A stretch of 64,000 bases of DNA from Bacteroidaceae bacterium (GCA_017645655.1 JAGCNZ010000096.1:24187-88186), one strand, 5' to 3'; shown: positions 8,424-18,074, numbered from the stretch's first letter. Numbers and translations are program-made. The notes: generated from the sequence alone by a model not told the origin.

Positions 8424-11400
8424 ATGAAACGATTAAACATTACTTTCTTTCTCACCCTGCTCATGAGCATGATAAGCATAAAATCAAATGCTTATGATTT
8501 TGAAGTTAATGGAATCTACTACAATGTTGTTTCCATTGAGGATTTGACATGCGAAATAGCCCCTCAATCTAGCAATCATAGTTATTATTCTGGGTATTTT
8601 GTTATTCCGAGTAATGTACAATACAATGGAAAAACATTGAAAGTAATAAGAATTGGGGATTCTGCTTTCTCCATCAGTTCGATTACTTCTGTGACCATCC
8701 CAAACAGCGTGACGAGCATCGGCAAGTATGCCTTCTCTGATTGTACTGGCATGACCTCCATCAATATCCCCAACAGTGTGACGAGCATCGGCGAAGCTGC
8801 CTTCATTAATTGTTCCAGCCTGACCTCTGTTAACATACCCAACAGTGTGACAAGCATCGGCGGATTTGCTTTCGAGGATTGCACCGGTCTGACCTCAATT
8901 ACCATCCCGGGCAGTGTGACCAGCATCAATAACAATGCCTTCCGTAATTGCACCAGCCTGACCTCCGTCACCATCCCTAGCAGCGATGTCAGCAGCATCA
9001 TCGGGGCAGAAGCCTTCCGTAATTGCACCAGCCTAACATCTATCAATATCCCAAATGTAACATTGATTGGCGCTAGCGCATTCTACGGTTGTACAGCGCT
9101 CACCACCTTGAATATGTCAAATGTTGAAGACATAGGCGAAGATGCTTTCCGTGGCTGTACGTCTATTCACACATTGACAATACCTTCTTCATGTAAGAAA
9201 ATTAAGCACCGCGCATTCAATGGTTGCATAATTCGCAAACTTGTATTGGAAGACTCAAGTAACACATTAAAGCTAGGCTTAAGTGGCTGGCGTCAAGAAA
9301 ATTATGCTGATGAAATTTATTATAAAGACCTCTTTTCTCATTCACAGGTTGACACTCTTTATTGGGGGAGGTCCATTGACATAAACTTCAGCTATGCTAA
9401 TCCTTTGTATCGGGATTATAATGTGCCGGGTATTTTTGGTAATCAAATAAAAAAAATAGTAGTAGGCAACCAGATAACAGATAATGACATTTATAAAGGT
9501 TATTCATCTTCCTTATTTAATTTTAATGGTAACTCAGAACGTCCTCTATATTATAACATCACATTTGGCAAAGGTATTTCAACAGTTCCAAATATGTCAT
9601 ATGACGATAATTTGGATAGTCTGTTCCTTTTAAACGAGACTCCACCGAATGCAAAAGGGTTTTCTAACAAACAATATCTCCATTGCAATTTATTTGTTCC
9701 AAAAGGCAGCAAAACAGCATACCAATCTGCTGATGTATGGAAGAATTTTTGGAATATCCTAGAGTTTGATCCTTATGCGATTTCTTTTGCCGATGCCAAG
9801 GTAAAAGCTATCTGCGTAGCCCAATGGGACACTGACGGTGATGGTGAGTTGAATGAATCTGAAGCTGCTGCAGTTACGGATTTGGGAACAGCATTTAAAA
9901 GTAAGACATCTATTACCTCTTTCAACGAGTTGAAATATTTTACAGGGTTAACAGTTCTTGGTAATGATGCTTTCTCTGGATGCATAAGTCTTACCTCTAT
10001 TGCAATTCCACCTTCTTTGACGAGAGTTAAAACTGGAGCATTTAAGAATTGCTCCTCACTCGCAAAGATTATTGTGACGGATATTGCTGCATGGTGTGGC
10101 ATTATATATGAAGGAAATAGCTATAGTAATGGAGATTTTCCTCTTAACAAAGCTCAGCATCTTTATAGCGATGAAAACATTGAAATAACAAATGTGGTCA
10201 TCCCTGAAAGTGTGACGAGGATTGAACCTCTTGCTTTCCGCGACGCAAAATACATTACTTCAGTTACGATACCTAATAGCGTAACTTACATTGGACGAGA
10301 AGCATTCAGAGGTATGCATCGTTTGACTTCAATCAATATTCCTTTGGGAATTACATCTGTTGAACCATATGTGCTTCAAGATTGTGAAACATTAGCCTCC
10401 GTCAGCATTCCTGAAAGCGTGACAAGCATCGGTGACAATGCTTTCGCTAAATGCTATGGATTGAAAAATGTATATTGTTACTCGGAAGGCGTCCCCAGTA
10501 CTGGCAGTAATGTTTTCAGCAATACAAACGTTGGGGCTGCAACGCTCCATGTACCTGCTGGTTCTGTAAGTCAATACAGAACAACTTCGCCTTGGAGTGG
10601 CTTTGGTACAATTGAAGCTTTAGAAGGAGTTCTTGCCACAGGTATCTCTCTTAACCAGACAACATTGTCATTCAATGCTCCCAATCAAACAGCGACGTTG
10701 GCGGCAACAATAACACCCTCAAATGCCACGAATAAAAATATTACTTGGACAAGTAGCAATACTGCTGTTGCGACTGTCAGCAATGCTGGTGTTATAACTG
10801 CCATCGCAAATGGAATGGCAACCATTACCGCTAAAACAACAGATGGTACGAACCTCACAGCAACCTGTGAGGTTACAGTTTCAATACCTGTTCTTGCTAC
10901 AGGCATCTCACTTAACCAGACAACATTGTCATTCAATGCTCCCAATCAAACAGCGACACTGACTGCAACAATAACGCCCTCAAATGCCACGAATAAGACT
11001 GTTTCTTGGACAAGCAGCAATACTGCTGTTGCGACTGTCAGCAATGCTGGTGTTGTAACTGCCATCGCAAATGGAACGGCAACCATTACCGCTAAAACAA
11101 CAGATGGCACGAACCTCATAGCAACCTGTACCGTGATCGTCAGCGAGGTAATTCGCATAAACATTGTTACATCCAATGCTGGCTATTCTACATTCTATGA
11201 TTCACATTACGATTATGTTTTGCCCAATGGCCTAACAGCACAAGTAGTTACGAATGTATCCAATAACAAACTCGTATATAAGACTATTGCTAATGGTAAT
11301 ACTTCAGGAATTGTACCAAGAGGTACTGCAGTTATGCTTGTTAGTGACAACAAACGCTATGGTACATTTGCATTAACTTCTACAGCAAGTAGTGCCCCTT

Positions 11401-11768
11401 ATTCTGGTGCGAATCTTTTACATGGCAGTGATGTGGCAACAAGGACTACAGGAAATGGGTATCACTACAAGTTAAGTTATGGTAAGACAGGAACATCATG
11501 GAACGATGTGTTCGGATGGTATTGGGGTGCACAGGATGGTGCCCCGTTCCAGATAGAAAGCAATAAAGCATGGCTTGTTGTTCCTCAGTCCGCAATAACC
11601 CGTGCATCTGCTGGATATACTATAGATGGTGATGCGACAGACATAACAGATATCGAATTAGACGACGAAAAATGTGACATTTATTATGACATGCAGGGAC
11701 GTCGCATAAGTACACCTTCGAACAGAGGAATATATATAAAGAATGGTAAGAAAGTTGTAATCAAATAA
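8424..11768 (+). CDS. BspA-type leucine-rich-repeat surface protein with two Big_2 domains and a T9SS C-terminal sorting domain
   Basis: 1114 aa with a signal peptide. It has two blocks of 23-aa LRR_5 units (IPNSVTSIGxxAFxxCTxLTS), an EF-hand/dockerin-like WDTDGDGELNESE, two Big_2 repeats, and the C-terminus IYYDMQGRRISTPSNRGIYIKNGKKVVIK. Confidence 0.8.
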   Translation: MKRLNITFFLTLLMSMISIKSNAYDFEVNGIYYNVVSIEDLTCEIAPQSSNHSYYSGYFVIPSNVQYNGKTLKVIRIGDSAFSISSITSVTIPNSVTSIGKYAFSDCTGMTSINIPNSVTSIGEAAFINCSSLTSVNIPNSVTSIGGFAFEDCTGLTSITIPGSVTSINNNAFRNCTSLTSVTIPSSDVSSIIGAEAFRNCTSLTSINIPNVTLIGASAFYGCTALTTLNMSNVEDIGEDAFRGCTSIHTLTIPSSCKKIKHRAFNGCIIRKLVLEDSSNTLKLGLSGWRQENYADEIYYKDLFSHSQVDTLYWGRSIDINFSYANPLYRDYNVPGIFGNQIKKIVVGNQITDNDIYKGYSSSLFNFNGNSERPLYYNITFGKGISTVPNMSYDDNLDSLFLLNETPPNAKGFSNKQYLHCNLFVPKGSKTAYQSADVWKNFWNILEFDPYAISFADAKVKAICVAQWDTDGDGELNESEAAAVTDLGTAFKSKTSITSFNELKYFTGLTVLGNDAFSGCISLTSIAIPPSLTRVKTGAFKNCSSLAKIIVTDIAAWCGIIYEGNSYSNGDFPLNKAQHLYSDENIEITNVVIPESVTRIEPLAFRDAKYITSVTIPNSVTYIGREAFRGMHRLTSINIPLGITSVEPYVLQDCETLASVSIPESVTSIGDNAFAKCYGLKNVYCYSEGVPSTGSNVFSNTNVGAATLHVPAGSVSQYRTTSPWSGFGTIEALEGVLATGISLNQTTLSFNAPNQTATLAATITPSNATNKNITWTSSNTAVATVSNAGVITAIANGMATITAKTTDGTNLTATCEVTVSIPVLATGISLNQTTLSFNAPNQTATLTATITPSNATNKTVSWTSSNTAVATVSNAGVVTAIANGTATITAKTTDGTNLIATCTVIVSEVIRINIVTSNAGYSTFYDSHYDYVLPNGLTAQVVTNVSNNKLVYKTIANGNTSGIVPRGTAVMLVSDNKRYGTFALTSTASSAPYSGANLLHGSDVATRTTGNGYHYKLSYGKTGTSWNDVFGWYWGAQDGAPFQIESNKAWLVVPQSAITRASAGYTIDGDATDITDIELDDEKCDIYYDMQGRRISTPSNRGIYIKNGKKVVIK
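8686..9180 (+). repeat. Tandem 69-nt (23-aa) LRR coding repeats
   Basis: At least 7 consecutive units of the form S(V/I)(T/N)IPNSVTSIG..AF..CT.LT. Confidence 0.8.
10629..11151 (+). repeat. Near-identical 261-nt tandem duplication encoding two Big_2 domains
   Basis: gttcttgc(c/t)acagg(t/c)atctc...aaccagacaacattgtcattcaatgctcccaatcaaacagcgac occurs at 10629 and again at 10890. The protein copies are VLATGISLNQTTLSFNAPNQTATL(A/T)ATITPSNATNK... Confidence 0.85.
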
Positions 11769-11782
11769 AGACAGACAGAAAT

Positions 11783-12196
11783 ATGAAAAACATTAAACAA
11801 TACTTAATGGCTGGCATGGCTATACTTATGCTGACAGCATGCCCAAGTGACCCGGAATCGGAAACGCAATCATATACGCAGAACATTGTGTTGCCGTCAA
11901 ATGCATCTGAACAGGAAGTTACGTTAACACAACTGCATTCATCTATTTCAAATGTACAAAACCCTGTTTCTTGGTTAACTGTGGAGATTCAATCCTATTC
12001 CTCAGGATCACCCAAATTCAAACTCCGCTCAGCAAGCAATACAGAGAGGACTGAACGTAAATGTAACGTCATAATCACAGCTTATTCAGGTGACAAGGTT
12101 ACTCTATCCGTAACACAGCAAGGTGTCGCTGAGGGAACAGGGATAGATGACTTGCACGACTCACAGACAGACAAACCTGCATATCGCCGCCAATAA
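11783..12196 (+). CDS. Small lipoprotein, BACON-like domain
   Basis: 137 aa with lipobox LTAC. The pattern EQEVTLTQ...WLTVEIQ...KCNVIITAYSGDKVTLSVTQQG resembles BACON/Ig-like lipoprotein domains. Confidence 0.4.
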   Translation: MKNIKQYLMAGMAILMLTACPSDPESETQSYTQNIVLPSNASEQEVTLTQLHSSISNVQNPVSWLTVEIQSYSSGSPKFKLRSASNTERTERKCNVIITAYSGDKVTLSVTQQGVAEGTGIDDLHDSQTDKPAYRRQ

Positions 12197-12416
12197 AAAT
12201 TATCCGCTATTCTGATGGAACGACAAGGAAGGTCTTGGTTAAGTGAGAGCAGAGTCAAACTCGTTTGAATTCTGCCGAGTGGGAAAGAGTTCGACAAAGT
12301 CAAGGTTTTGATTAAATAAAAGCCTCCTCTCCCAACCTTCCTCCGTCGCAAGCTCCCCAATTGCTCCGCTATCAACGGGCAATTGCCTCCGAGGAGGAAA
12401 GGAGGAGAATAAGAAA

Positions 12417-12450
12417 GGGCATTACCGATTGGTAGTGCCCTCTTCTTTTT
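12417..12450 (+). terminator. Rho-independent terminator closing the island operon
   Basis: Stem gggcattacc / ggtagtgccc (one G-U pair) followed by tcttctttttt. Confidence 0.5.
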
Positions 12451-12585
12451 TCACTCTGCCACCACTATCGGATGGATTTCGAAGAGATTGACGGCACAAC
12501 TGTTGTCAAACAGATTGAATCCTCTTCTTCTGTAGATAACCAAATAATGGGAAAGTATACAGTTCTGAGACTTCCATGATATAAT

Positions 12586-13335
12586 TTATCTCCAGCAGAC
12601 TTTTGCCTGGCAGACGACATCAGATTCATTTTTGCGAACTTCGATATCGGTTTCGTTGTCGTCGATGATTTGCTCGTAGAAGCTGAGCTTGTCGCCCAAG
12701 TAGGACTCTGCCTTGTAGGCTATCTCGAAGCGGCGGATGCTCTGCTGCTCGAAGCGTTGGCGAGGGAAGAGGTCGAGGATGTGCTCTATGTACTTGATGC
12801 TGTTGATGTGTCCGTTGATGTCCACGTCGCTGTAGTACGTGTCGATGGTGCGGACAAGTTGTGGCTCGCGGAAACGGAAGCGGCTATGTCCCTCGATGGG
12901 GCAAAAGCCCTCCTCCTCGGGCACTACATAGTTGAGGATGTCTCCGTCGTAGAGTGTGAGCAGGTCGCAGGGCTTGCGTGTCTCGAGGTCTATCATGGCC
13001 CAGACGCTTCTGGCATATCCGAGGGGCTTTCCTTCGGCATTGAGGATGGAGAAGTTGCGATTAGTAAAGAGTTTCATCACGCTCTCCACCCACGTTCGAA
13101 CCTCGCAATGCTCGTACTGGCGAGGCATCTCCATCATCTCGATACTGAGCCGCGAGAGCACCCAGGTGTGTCGCGTCTCGTTCAGGGCACCGATGCCCCA
13201 GCCGCGCCTCTGCGAGTGATCGCCGGCAGCATTGAGCAAGTGATTGCCAAGTACGCCGAGGAAGATGCGTCCCGTGAAGTCAACATGGAAAGGCTCGACA
13301 TAGAAGGGGTAGCTATCTATTAATTCATAATTCAT
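12586..13335 (-). CDS. Acyl-ACP thioesterase
   Basis: Double hot-dog thioesterase. PFYVEPFHVDFTGR and the second-half DINGHINSIKYIEHILD are typical of the family. The track start at 13344 is TTG; the ATG at 13335 (MNYELIDS) is preferred. Confidence 0.8.
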   Translation of the reverse strand: MNYELIDSYPFYVEPFHVDFTGRIFLGVLGNHLLNAAGDHSQRRGWGIGALNETRHTWVLSRLSIEMMEMPRQYEHCEVRTWVESVMKLFTNRNFSILNAEGKPLGYARSVWAMIDLETRKPCDLLTLYDGDILNYVVPEEEGFCPIEGHSRFRFREPQLVRTIDTYYSDVDINGHINSIKYIEHILDLFPRQRFEQQSIRRFEIAYKAESYLGDKLSFYEQIIDDNETDIEVRKNESDVVCQAKVCWR

Positions 13336-13407
13336 AATTCTCAATTCATAATTATCTTCTTCGCGGAAACTCAGGGCGTTGCCTAATTGTGCATTACGAA
13401 TTATGCA

Positions 13408-14235
13408 TTACGAATTGCCATTGTGTTCTTCCTCTCGCTTTGCGATATAGGCATCAAGGCGCTCTATGCAGGACTTGGTAACCGCAATGCGGCCTGTGCG
13501 GACGAACTGCAGGACGCAACCCAGGGCATCGAGCCTGGTGAAGAGTTCTATCACATCTCTCGTGATGCCAGTGTTCTCGACAATGGTGTAAGTGGGATTC
13601 ACTTCGACGATGCGAGCATCATATTGGCGGACGATGCAGGAAATGTCTTTGTTGGCAAGCACCATCGGTGTGGAAAGCTTCAGCAGAGAAGTCTCGAGAA
13701 TGAATATCTCGTCGTCGATGAAGCAGTTGGCCTGCAGGACATCGACCTTCTTCTCGATTTGCTTGGTCAGCATCTCTGCCATTTCCTGCTTGCAGTAACA
13801 AGTGATGGTGTACTTATGCACGCCAGGTGTGGAAGAGGCACAAACATTGAGGCTCTCGATGTTGACTTGTCTGCGGGTGAAGACGGCGGTTATCTGATTG
13901 AGGATACCTGCGAAGTTCTCGGAATAGACGATGAGCGTGTAGAGTGTCAGGCCATCGTGGCTGAGCAATGCACCTTCGCGACCAGGCACGGCAGGCCGCG
14001 CCACTGCATTACGCTTGAAGGTCTCCTTCTGACCGCCTTCTCGTGCATCTTGAGCAAGAGTTGCCTTGCGCTGGCGAGCCAGGTTCTTCTCAAAGCTGTC
14101 GCGCTCAATGGCAGCAGCAGCATAAACGGCCTCATTGAAGCCCTGCATCTCCTTTGCCTGCTCCAAATCGTCACACTTTCCACATGTATTGCAATCGCCG
14201 CATTCAGCAGCACCTGTTTTCTTCTCTGTCTTCAT
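13408..14235 (-). CDS. ilvN: Acetolactate synthase small (regulatory) subunit with an N-terminal extension of about 95 aa
   Basis: ACT domain YTLIVYSENFAGILNQITAVFTRRQVNIESLNV begins near residue 97. The ATG at 14235 lies 23 nt after the ilvB stop and no in-frame ATG lies near the ACT domain. Confidence 0.8.
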   Translation of the reverse strand: MKTEKKTGAAECGDCNTCGKCDDLEQAKEMQGFNEAVYAAAAIERDSFEKNLARQRKATLAQDAREGGQKETFKRNAVARPAVPGREGALLSHDGLTLYTLIVYSENFAGILNQITAVFTRRQVNIESLNVCASSTPGVHKYTITCYCKQEMAEMLTKQIEKKVDVLQANCFIDDEIFILETSLLKLSTPMVLANKDISCIVRQYDARIVEVNPTYTIVENTGITRDVIELFTRLDALGCVLQFVRTGRIAVTKSCIERLDAYIAKREEEHNGNS

Positions 14236-14258
14236 AACTATGAATTATGCATTATGAA

Positions 14259-15962
14259 TTATGAATTGATTTCCAGCAGCATTTCGTCCACATTGGCTCC
14301 GGGAGGAGTCATGGGGAGCACGTTGTCTTCTTCCTTCACAGCACATTGCAGGAGGTACGGACCTTCGGTGCTGAGCATCTCTTTGATGGCAGCATCGAGG
14401 TCTTTGCGGTCAATCACAGTGCAGCAGGGAATGTTATAGCCCGCGGCAATCTTCTCGTAGTCGGGATTGAGCATTGGGGTGAAGGAGTAGCGTTTGTTGA
14501 AGAACATGTATTGCCACTGGCGGACGTTTCCGAGGAAGTTGTTGTTCAGGAGTATCATCTTCACGGGAATCTGGTTCTCCATGATGGTGCCCAGTTCCTG
14601 AATCGTCATTTGGAAGCCTCCGTCGCCACAGAACATGCAGACCGTCCTGTCGGGAGCACCGTAGCAGGCACCCATAGCTGCAGGTATGCCGAATCCCATA
14701 GTGCCGCAACCGCCGCTGGTAACGACTGAACGAGGCTTCGTGAACTTGAAGTAGCGACAGCCCATCATCTGGTTTTGTCCGACGTCGGTCACAAGGATGG
14801 CTTTATTCTTTGCTGCTTCGCTGACCTTGCGCACCACTTCGCCCATCAAGAGCGGGCCTTCCTTTGGGTTGAGGGCAGCATCGATTACCTTCGTGTATTC
14901 CTTTTCTTCGTAGGGCTTAAAGCCTTCTATCCAAGCTTTGTGAGTAGCCTTTTCCACAAGCTTTGTGACAGCAGGCAGCGTCTGTTTGCAGTTGCCGAGG
15001 ACCGAGAGCGTGGGCTTCACGTTCTTACCAAGCTCAGAGGGATCAATCTCGAAGTGTATGATCTTTGCTTGCTTGGCGTATGTCTTCAGGTTGCCAGTCA
15101 CGCGGTCATCAAAGCGCATGCCAACTGCAATGAGCAAGTCGCACTGATTCGTCATCACATTCGGAGCAAGGTTGCCGTGCATGCCAAGCATTCCCTTATT
15201 GAGCGGATGGTCGGAAGGAGCCGCAGACAGGCCGAGGATAGTTGAGCCAAAAGGTATTTGAGCTTTCTCGCAAAGGTCAAGCAGTTCCTTGTTCGCTCCA
15301 GCGAGTTCTACGCCTTGACCAACAAGCATGAAGGGCTTCACGCTCTCGTTAATCATCTGAGCCGCCTTCTCGATAGCGCCATCTTCAGGTTGCGGATAGG
15401 GATTGTAGCTACGGATGAAGTCGACCTTCTGCGGAGCGTACTCAATCATGGCAGTCTGCGCATTCTTCGCGAAGTCGAGCACCACAGGACCAGGCCTTCC
15501 GCTCTTAGCAATGAAGAAGGCTCGTGCCACTGCCCAGGGGATGTCTTCAGCCCTGCGAATCTGGAAGTTCCACTTCGTGATAGGCTGTGTGACGCCCACC
15601 ACATCGACCTCTTGAAAAGCATCCGTGCCGAGCATTGCTGCCCCCACCTGTCCGCAGATGACGACCATAGGAGTCGAGTCAATCATGGCATCTGCAACGC
15701 CTGTGATTGTGTTCATTGCTCCAGGTCCACTTGTCACGATAGCGCAGCCCACCTTGCCGCTGACGCGGGCATAGCCCTGAGCAGCATGGACAGCAGCTTG
15801 TTCGTGACGGACAAGGATGTGATGCAAGGTCTTCTTGTGGTCGTAAAGTGCATCATAAGTAGGCATGATAGCGCCTCCCGGATAGCCGAAGAGCACATTT
15901 ACACCTTCATGTTCGAGGCTTCGCATCAAAGCCTCTGCACCGCTTATCTTATTAGAATTCAT
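14259..15962 (-). CDS. ilvB: Acetolactate synthase large (catalytic) subunit
   Basis: 567 aa. ThDP motif CGDGGFQMTIQELGT...LLNNNFLGNVRQWQ and N-terminal GYPGGAIMPTYDAL. Confidence 0.95.
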   Translation of the reverse strand: MNSNKISGAEALMRSLEHEGVNVLFGYPGGAIMPTYDALYDHKKTLHHILVRHEQAAVHAAQGYARVSGKVGCAIVTSGPGAMNTITGVADAMIDSTPMVVICGQVGAAMLGTDAFQEVDVVGVTQPITKWNFQIRRAEDIPWAVARAFFIAKSGRPGPVVLDFAKNAQTAMIEYAPQKVDFIRSYNPYPQPEDGAIEKAAQMINESVKPFMLVGQGVELAGANKELLDLCEKAQIPFGSTILGLSAAPSDHPLNKGMLGMHGNLAPNVMTNQCDLLIAVGMRFDDRVTGNLKTYAKQAKIIHFEIDPSELGKNVKPTLSVLGNCKQTLPAVTKLVEKATHKAWIEGFKPYEEKEYTKVIDAALNPKEGPLLMGEVVRKVSEAAKNKAILVTDVGQNQMMGCRYFKFTKPRSVVTSGGCGTMGFGIPAAMGACYGAPDRTVCMFCGDGGFQMTIQELGTIMENQIPVKMILLNNNFLGNVRQWQYMFFNKRYSFTPMLNPDYEKIAAGYNIPCCTVIDRKDLDAAIKEMLSTEGPYLLQCAVKEEDNVLPMTPPGANVDEMLLEINS

Positions 15963-15985
15963 AATTCACAATTCATAAATCATAA

Positions 15986-17794
15986 TTAATCATCAGACAA
16001 AAGCCTGACGCCTCCCTTGTCGGCACTGCTGACGCTTTGGGCGTAGGCACGCAGCGCTTTGCTTACGACCCTGTTGCGACGCAGCGGTTGTTGTGGACGA
16101 GCTGCCAGTTCTTCATTGCTAAGCTTGACATTGATGGAGCGGCTGGGGATGTCAATGACGATGATGTCGCCGTCCTTTATCTTGCCGATGTTGCCTCCGC
16201 TTGCTGCTTCGGGACTGATGTGTCCGATAGAGAGACCGCTTGTGCCGCCAGAGAAGCGTCCGTCGGTGATGAGGGCGCATTCCTTGCCCATGTGCATCGA
16301 CTTGATATATGAGGTGGGGTAGAGCATCTCCTGCATGCCGGGACCGCCTTTGGGACCTTCGTGAGTGATGACTACGCAGTCGCCCTTCTTCACTTTGCCG
16401 CCAAGGATGCCTTCGCAAGCGTCTTCCTGAGAGTCGAAGACCACAGCTGGACCTTCGAAGTGCCAGAGTTCAGGAGCTACGCCAGCCGTCTTGACTACGC
16501 AACCATCCTGAGCGATGTTGCCGAAGAGGACAGCCATTCCGCCATCCTTCATGTAGGCGTGTTCGATGTCACGGATGCAACCGTTCTCGCGGTCGGTATC
16601 GAGGGTTTCGTAATATGTTTCCTGCGAGCCCATTACATTGCTGAACTTGCCTCCAGGAGCACTGCTGTAGATACGCTTTGCTTCAGGATTGATGGTTTCG
16701 CCAGTAATGCTGTATTTCTCAATGTCTTCGCCAAGCGTTGCTCCATTGACGCGCTTGCAAGTGAGGTCGAGCAGGTTGCCTTTTGCGAGTTCGCCAAGGA
16801 TGCCGAGAATGCCGCCAGCGCGATTCTCTTCCTGTATGCTGTACTTTTGCCAGTTCGGCGAGAGCTTGCAGAGGAACGGCACTTTGCGGCTCAGCTCGTC
16901 GATGTCTTTCATCTTGAAATCGACCTCTGCTTCCTGTGCGACTGCAAGCAGGTGGAGCACTGTATTGGTCGAGGCTCCCATCGCTATGTCGAGCGTCATT
17001 GCATTGAGGAAAGCCTGGCGTGTGGCGATGCTGCGGGGGAGAACACTTTCGTCACCTTCTTCGTAGTATGCGAGGGCATTCTTAACGATAATCCTGGCAG
17101 CGTCCTTGAAGAGCTGGATGCGGTTCTTGTGTGTAGCGAGGATGCTTCCGTTGCCAGGGAGAGAGAGTCCGATGGCTTCGGTCAGCGAGTTCATCGAGTT
17201 GGCAGTAAACATGCCGGAGCATGCGCCGCAGCCCGGGCAAGCCATCTGCTCCACCTGTGCCAATTCCTCATCGCTGACAGTCGGGTCTCCGCCCTTCACC
17301 ATAGCAGTGATGAGGTCTGCGTTCTCGCCGTTCAGCTTGTGCGATTCCATGGGTCCGCCGCTCACGAAGATGGCTGGGATGTTCAGTCGCATGGCAGCCA
17401 TCAGCATGCCTGGTGTCACTTTGTCGCAATTCGAGATGCAAACCATTGCATCGGCTTTGTGAGCGTTAACCATGTATTCGACTGAATCGGCGATGATGTC
17501 GCGCGAGGGTAGGGAGTAGAGCATGCCGTCGTGCCCCATGGCGATGCCGTCGTCGATGGCAATGGTGTTGAATTCAGCAGCATAGCAGCCAAGGCTTTCT
17601 ATCTCTTTCTTAACGATTTGTCCTATTTCGTGGAGGTGCGTATGGCCAGGCACAAACTGCGTGAACGAGTTGACGACAGCGATGATTGGCTTGCCGAACT
17701 GTTCCCTCTTCATGCCGTTTGCCACCCACAGAGCGCGGGCTCCGGCCATGCGGCGACCTTCTGTGCAGACCGAGCTTCTCAATTTGTTTTTCAT
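15986..17794 (-). CDS. ilvD: Dihydroxy-acid dehydratase
   Basis: Motifs [30 protein letters not shown] and [24 protein letters not shown]. The start is placed at ATG 17794 (MKNKLRSS) because a -7 box sits at 17830-17837, inside the longer track ORF. Confidence 0.95.
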   Translation of the reverse strand: MKNKLRSSVCTEGRRMAGARALWVANGMKREQFGKPIIAVVNSFTQFVPGHTHLHEIGQIVKKEIESLGCYAAEFNTIAIDDGIAMGHDGMLYSLPSRDIIADSVEYMVNAHKADAMVCISNCDKVTPGMLMAAMRLNIPAIFVSGGPMESHKLNGENADLITAMVKGGDPTVSDEELAQVEQMACPGCGACSGMFTANSMNSLTEAIGLSLPGNGSILATHKNRIQLFKDAARIIVKNALAYYEEGDESVLPRSIATRQAFLNAMTLDIAMGASTNTVLHLLAVAQEAEVDFKMKDIDELSRKVPFLCKLSPNWQKYSIQEENRAGGILGILGELAKGNLLDLTCKRVNGATLGEDIEKYSITGETINPEAKRIYSSAPGGKFSNVMGSQETYYETLDTDRENGCIRDIEHAYMKDGGMAVLFGNIAQDGCVVKTAGVAPELWHFEGPAVVFDSQEDACEGILGGKVKKGDCVVITHEGPKGGPGMQEMLYPTSYIKSMHMGKECALITDGRFSGGTSGLSIGHISPEAASGGNIGKIKDGDIIVIDIPSRSINVKLSNEELAARPQQPLRRNRVVSKALRAYAQSVSSADKGGVRLLSDD

Positions 17795-17829
17795 ATAACG
17801 TGTCCTTTCTCGCGTATGCGAATTGCGTG

Positions 17830-17837
17830 CAAAGGTA
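17830..17837 (-). promoter_or_regulatory. -7 box (TACCTTTG on the minus strand) for the ilvD operon
   Basis: The plus strand reads caaaggta, 36 nt upstream of ATG 17794. Confidence 0.5.
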
Positions 17838-17954
17838 GCATAAATCTTTCTTTTTGCCAACAAAACGACACATTATTATATATTATATGCTCGAAAAGAC
17901 GTTGCTGATGCATATTTAGTCGCAAAAGGTATCTGATGTGAGTCAAAACGTCGG

Positions 17955-18044
17955 CAGTGATGTTTTCAATTATCACGTGTAATATTTTTATTTTAACGTG
18001 TAATATTTCCAATTATCACGTGTAATATTTTCAATTATCCCGTG
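17955..18044. repeat. CACGTG-core phased repeat array, locus A3
   Basis: Cores CAGTGA 17955, CACGTG 17974, AACGTG 17995, CACGTG 18017, CCCGTG 18039. Spacing 19/21/22/22. Unit is CACGTGTAATATTT(T/C)CAATTAT. Confidence 0.8.
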
Positions 18045-18074
18045 TGTAGTTTTGTGAGTAAGCGAATTATTTTG

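Larger units (their letters stand above)
7117..12450. other. AT-rich accessory island inserted between ilvC and the rest of the ilv operon (boundaries approximate)
   Basis: Composition drops visibly. My hand counts of single 60-nt lines give about 25-42% G+C at 7.6-7.7 kb, against about 52% in ilvB. All four island genes are on the strand opposite to ilv. No integrase was seen. Confidence 0.5.

Noticed and set aside
7117-12585. The island as an integrative mobile element (ICE, prophage or transposon).
   Set aside because: No integrase, transposase, relaxase, phage gene or terminal inverted repeats are visible. It is therefore reported only as a compositional and syntenic island.
17955-18044. 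Iteron or replication-origin interpretation of the 22-bp phased repeats.
   Set aside because: Nine similar arrays occur within 64 kb of ordinary chromosomal genes. I recognised no rep or dnaA gene, DnaA boxes or AT-rich unwinding element adjacent to them.
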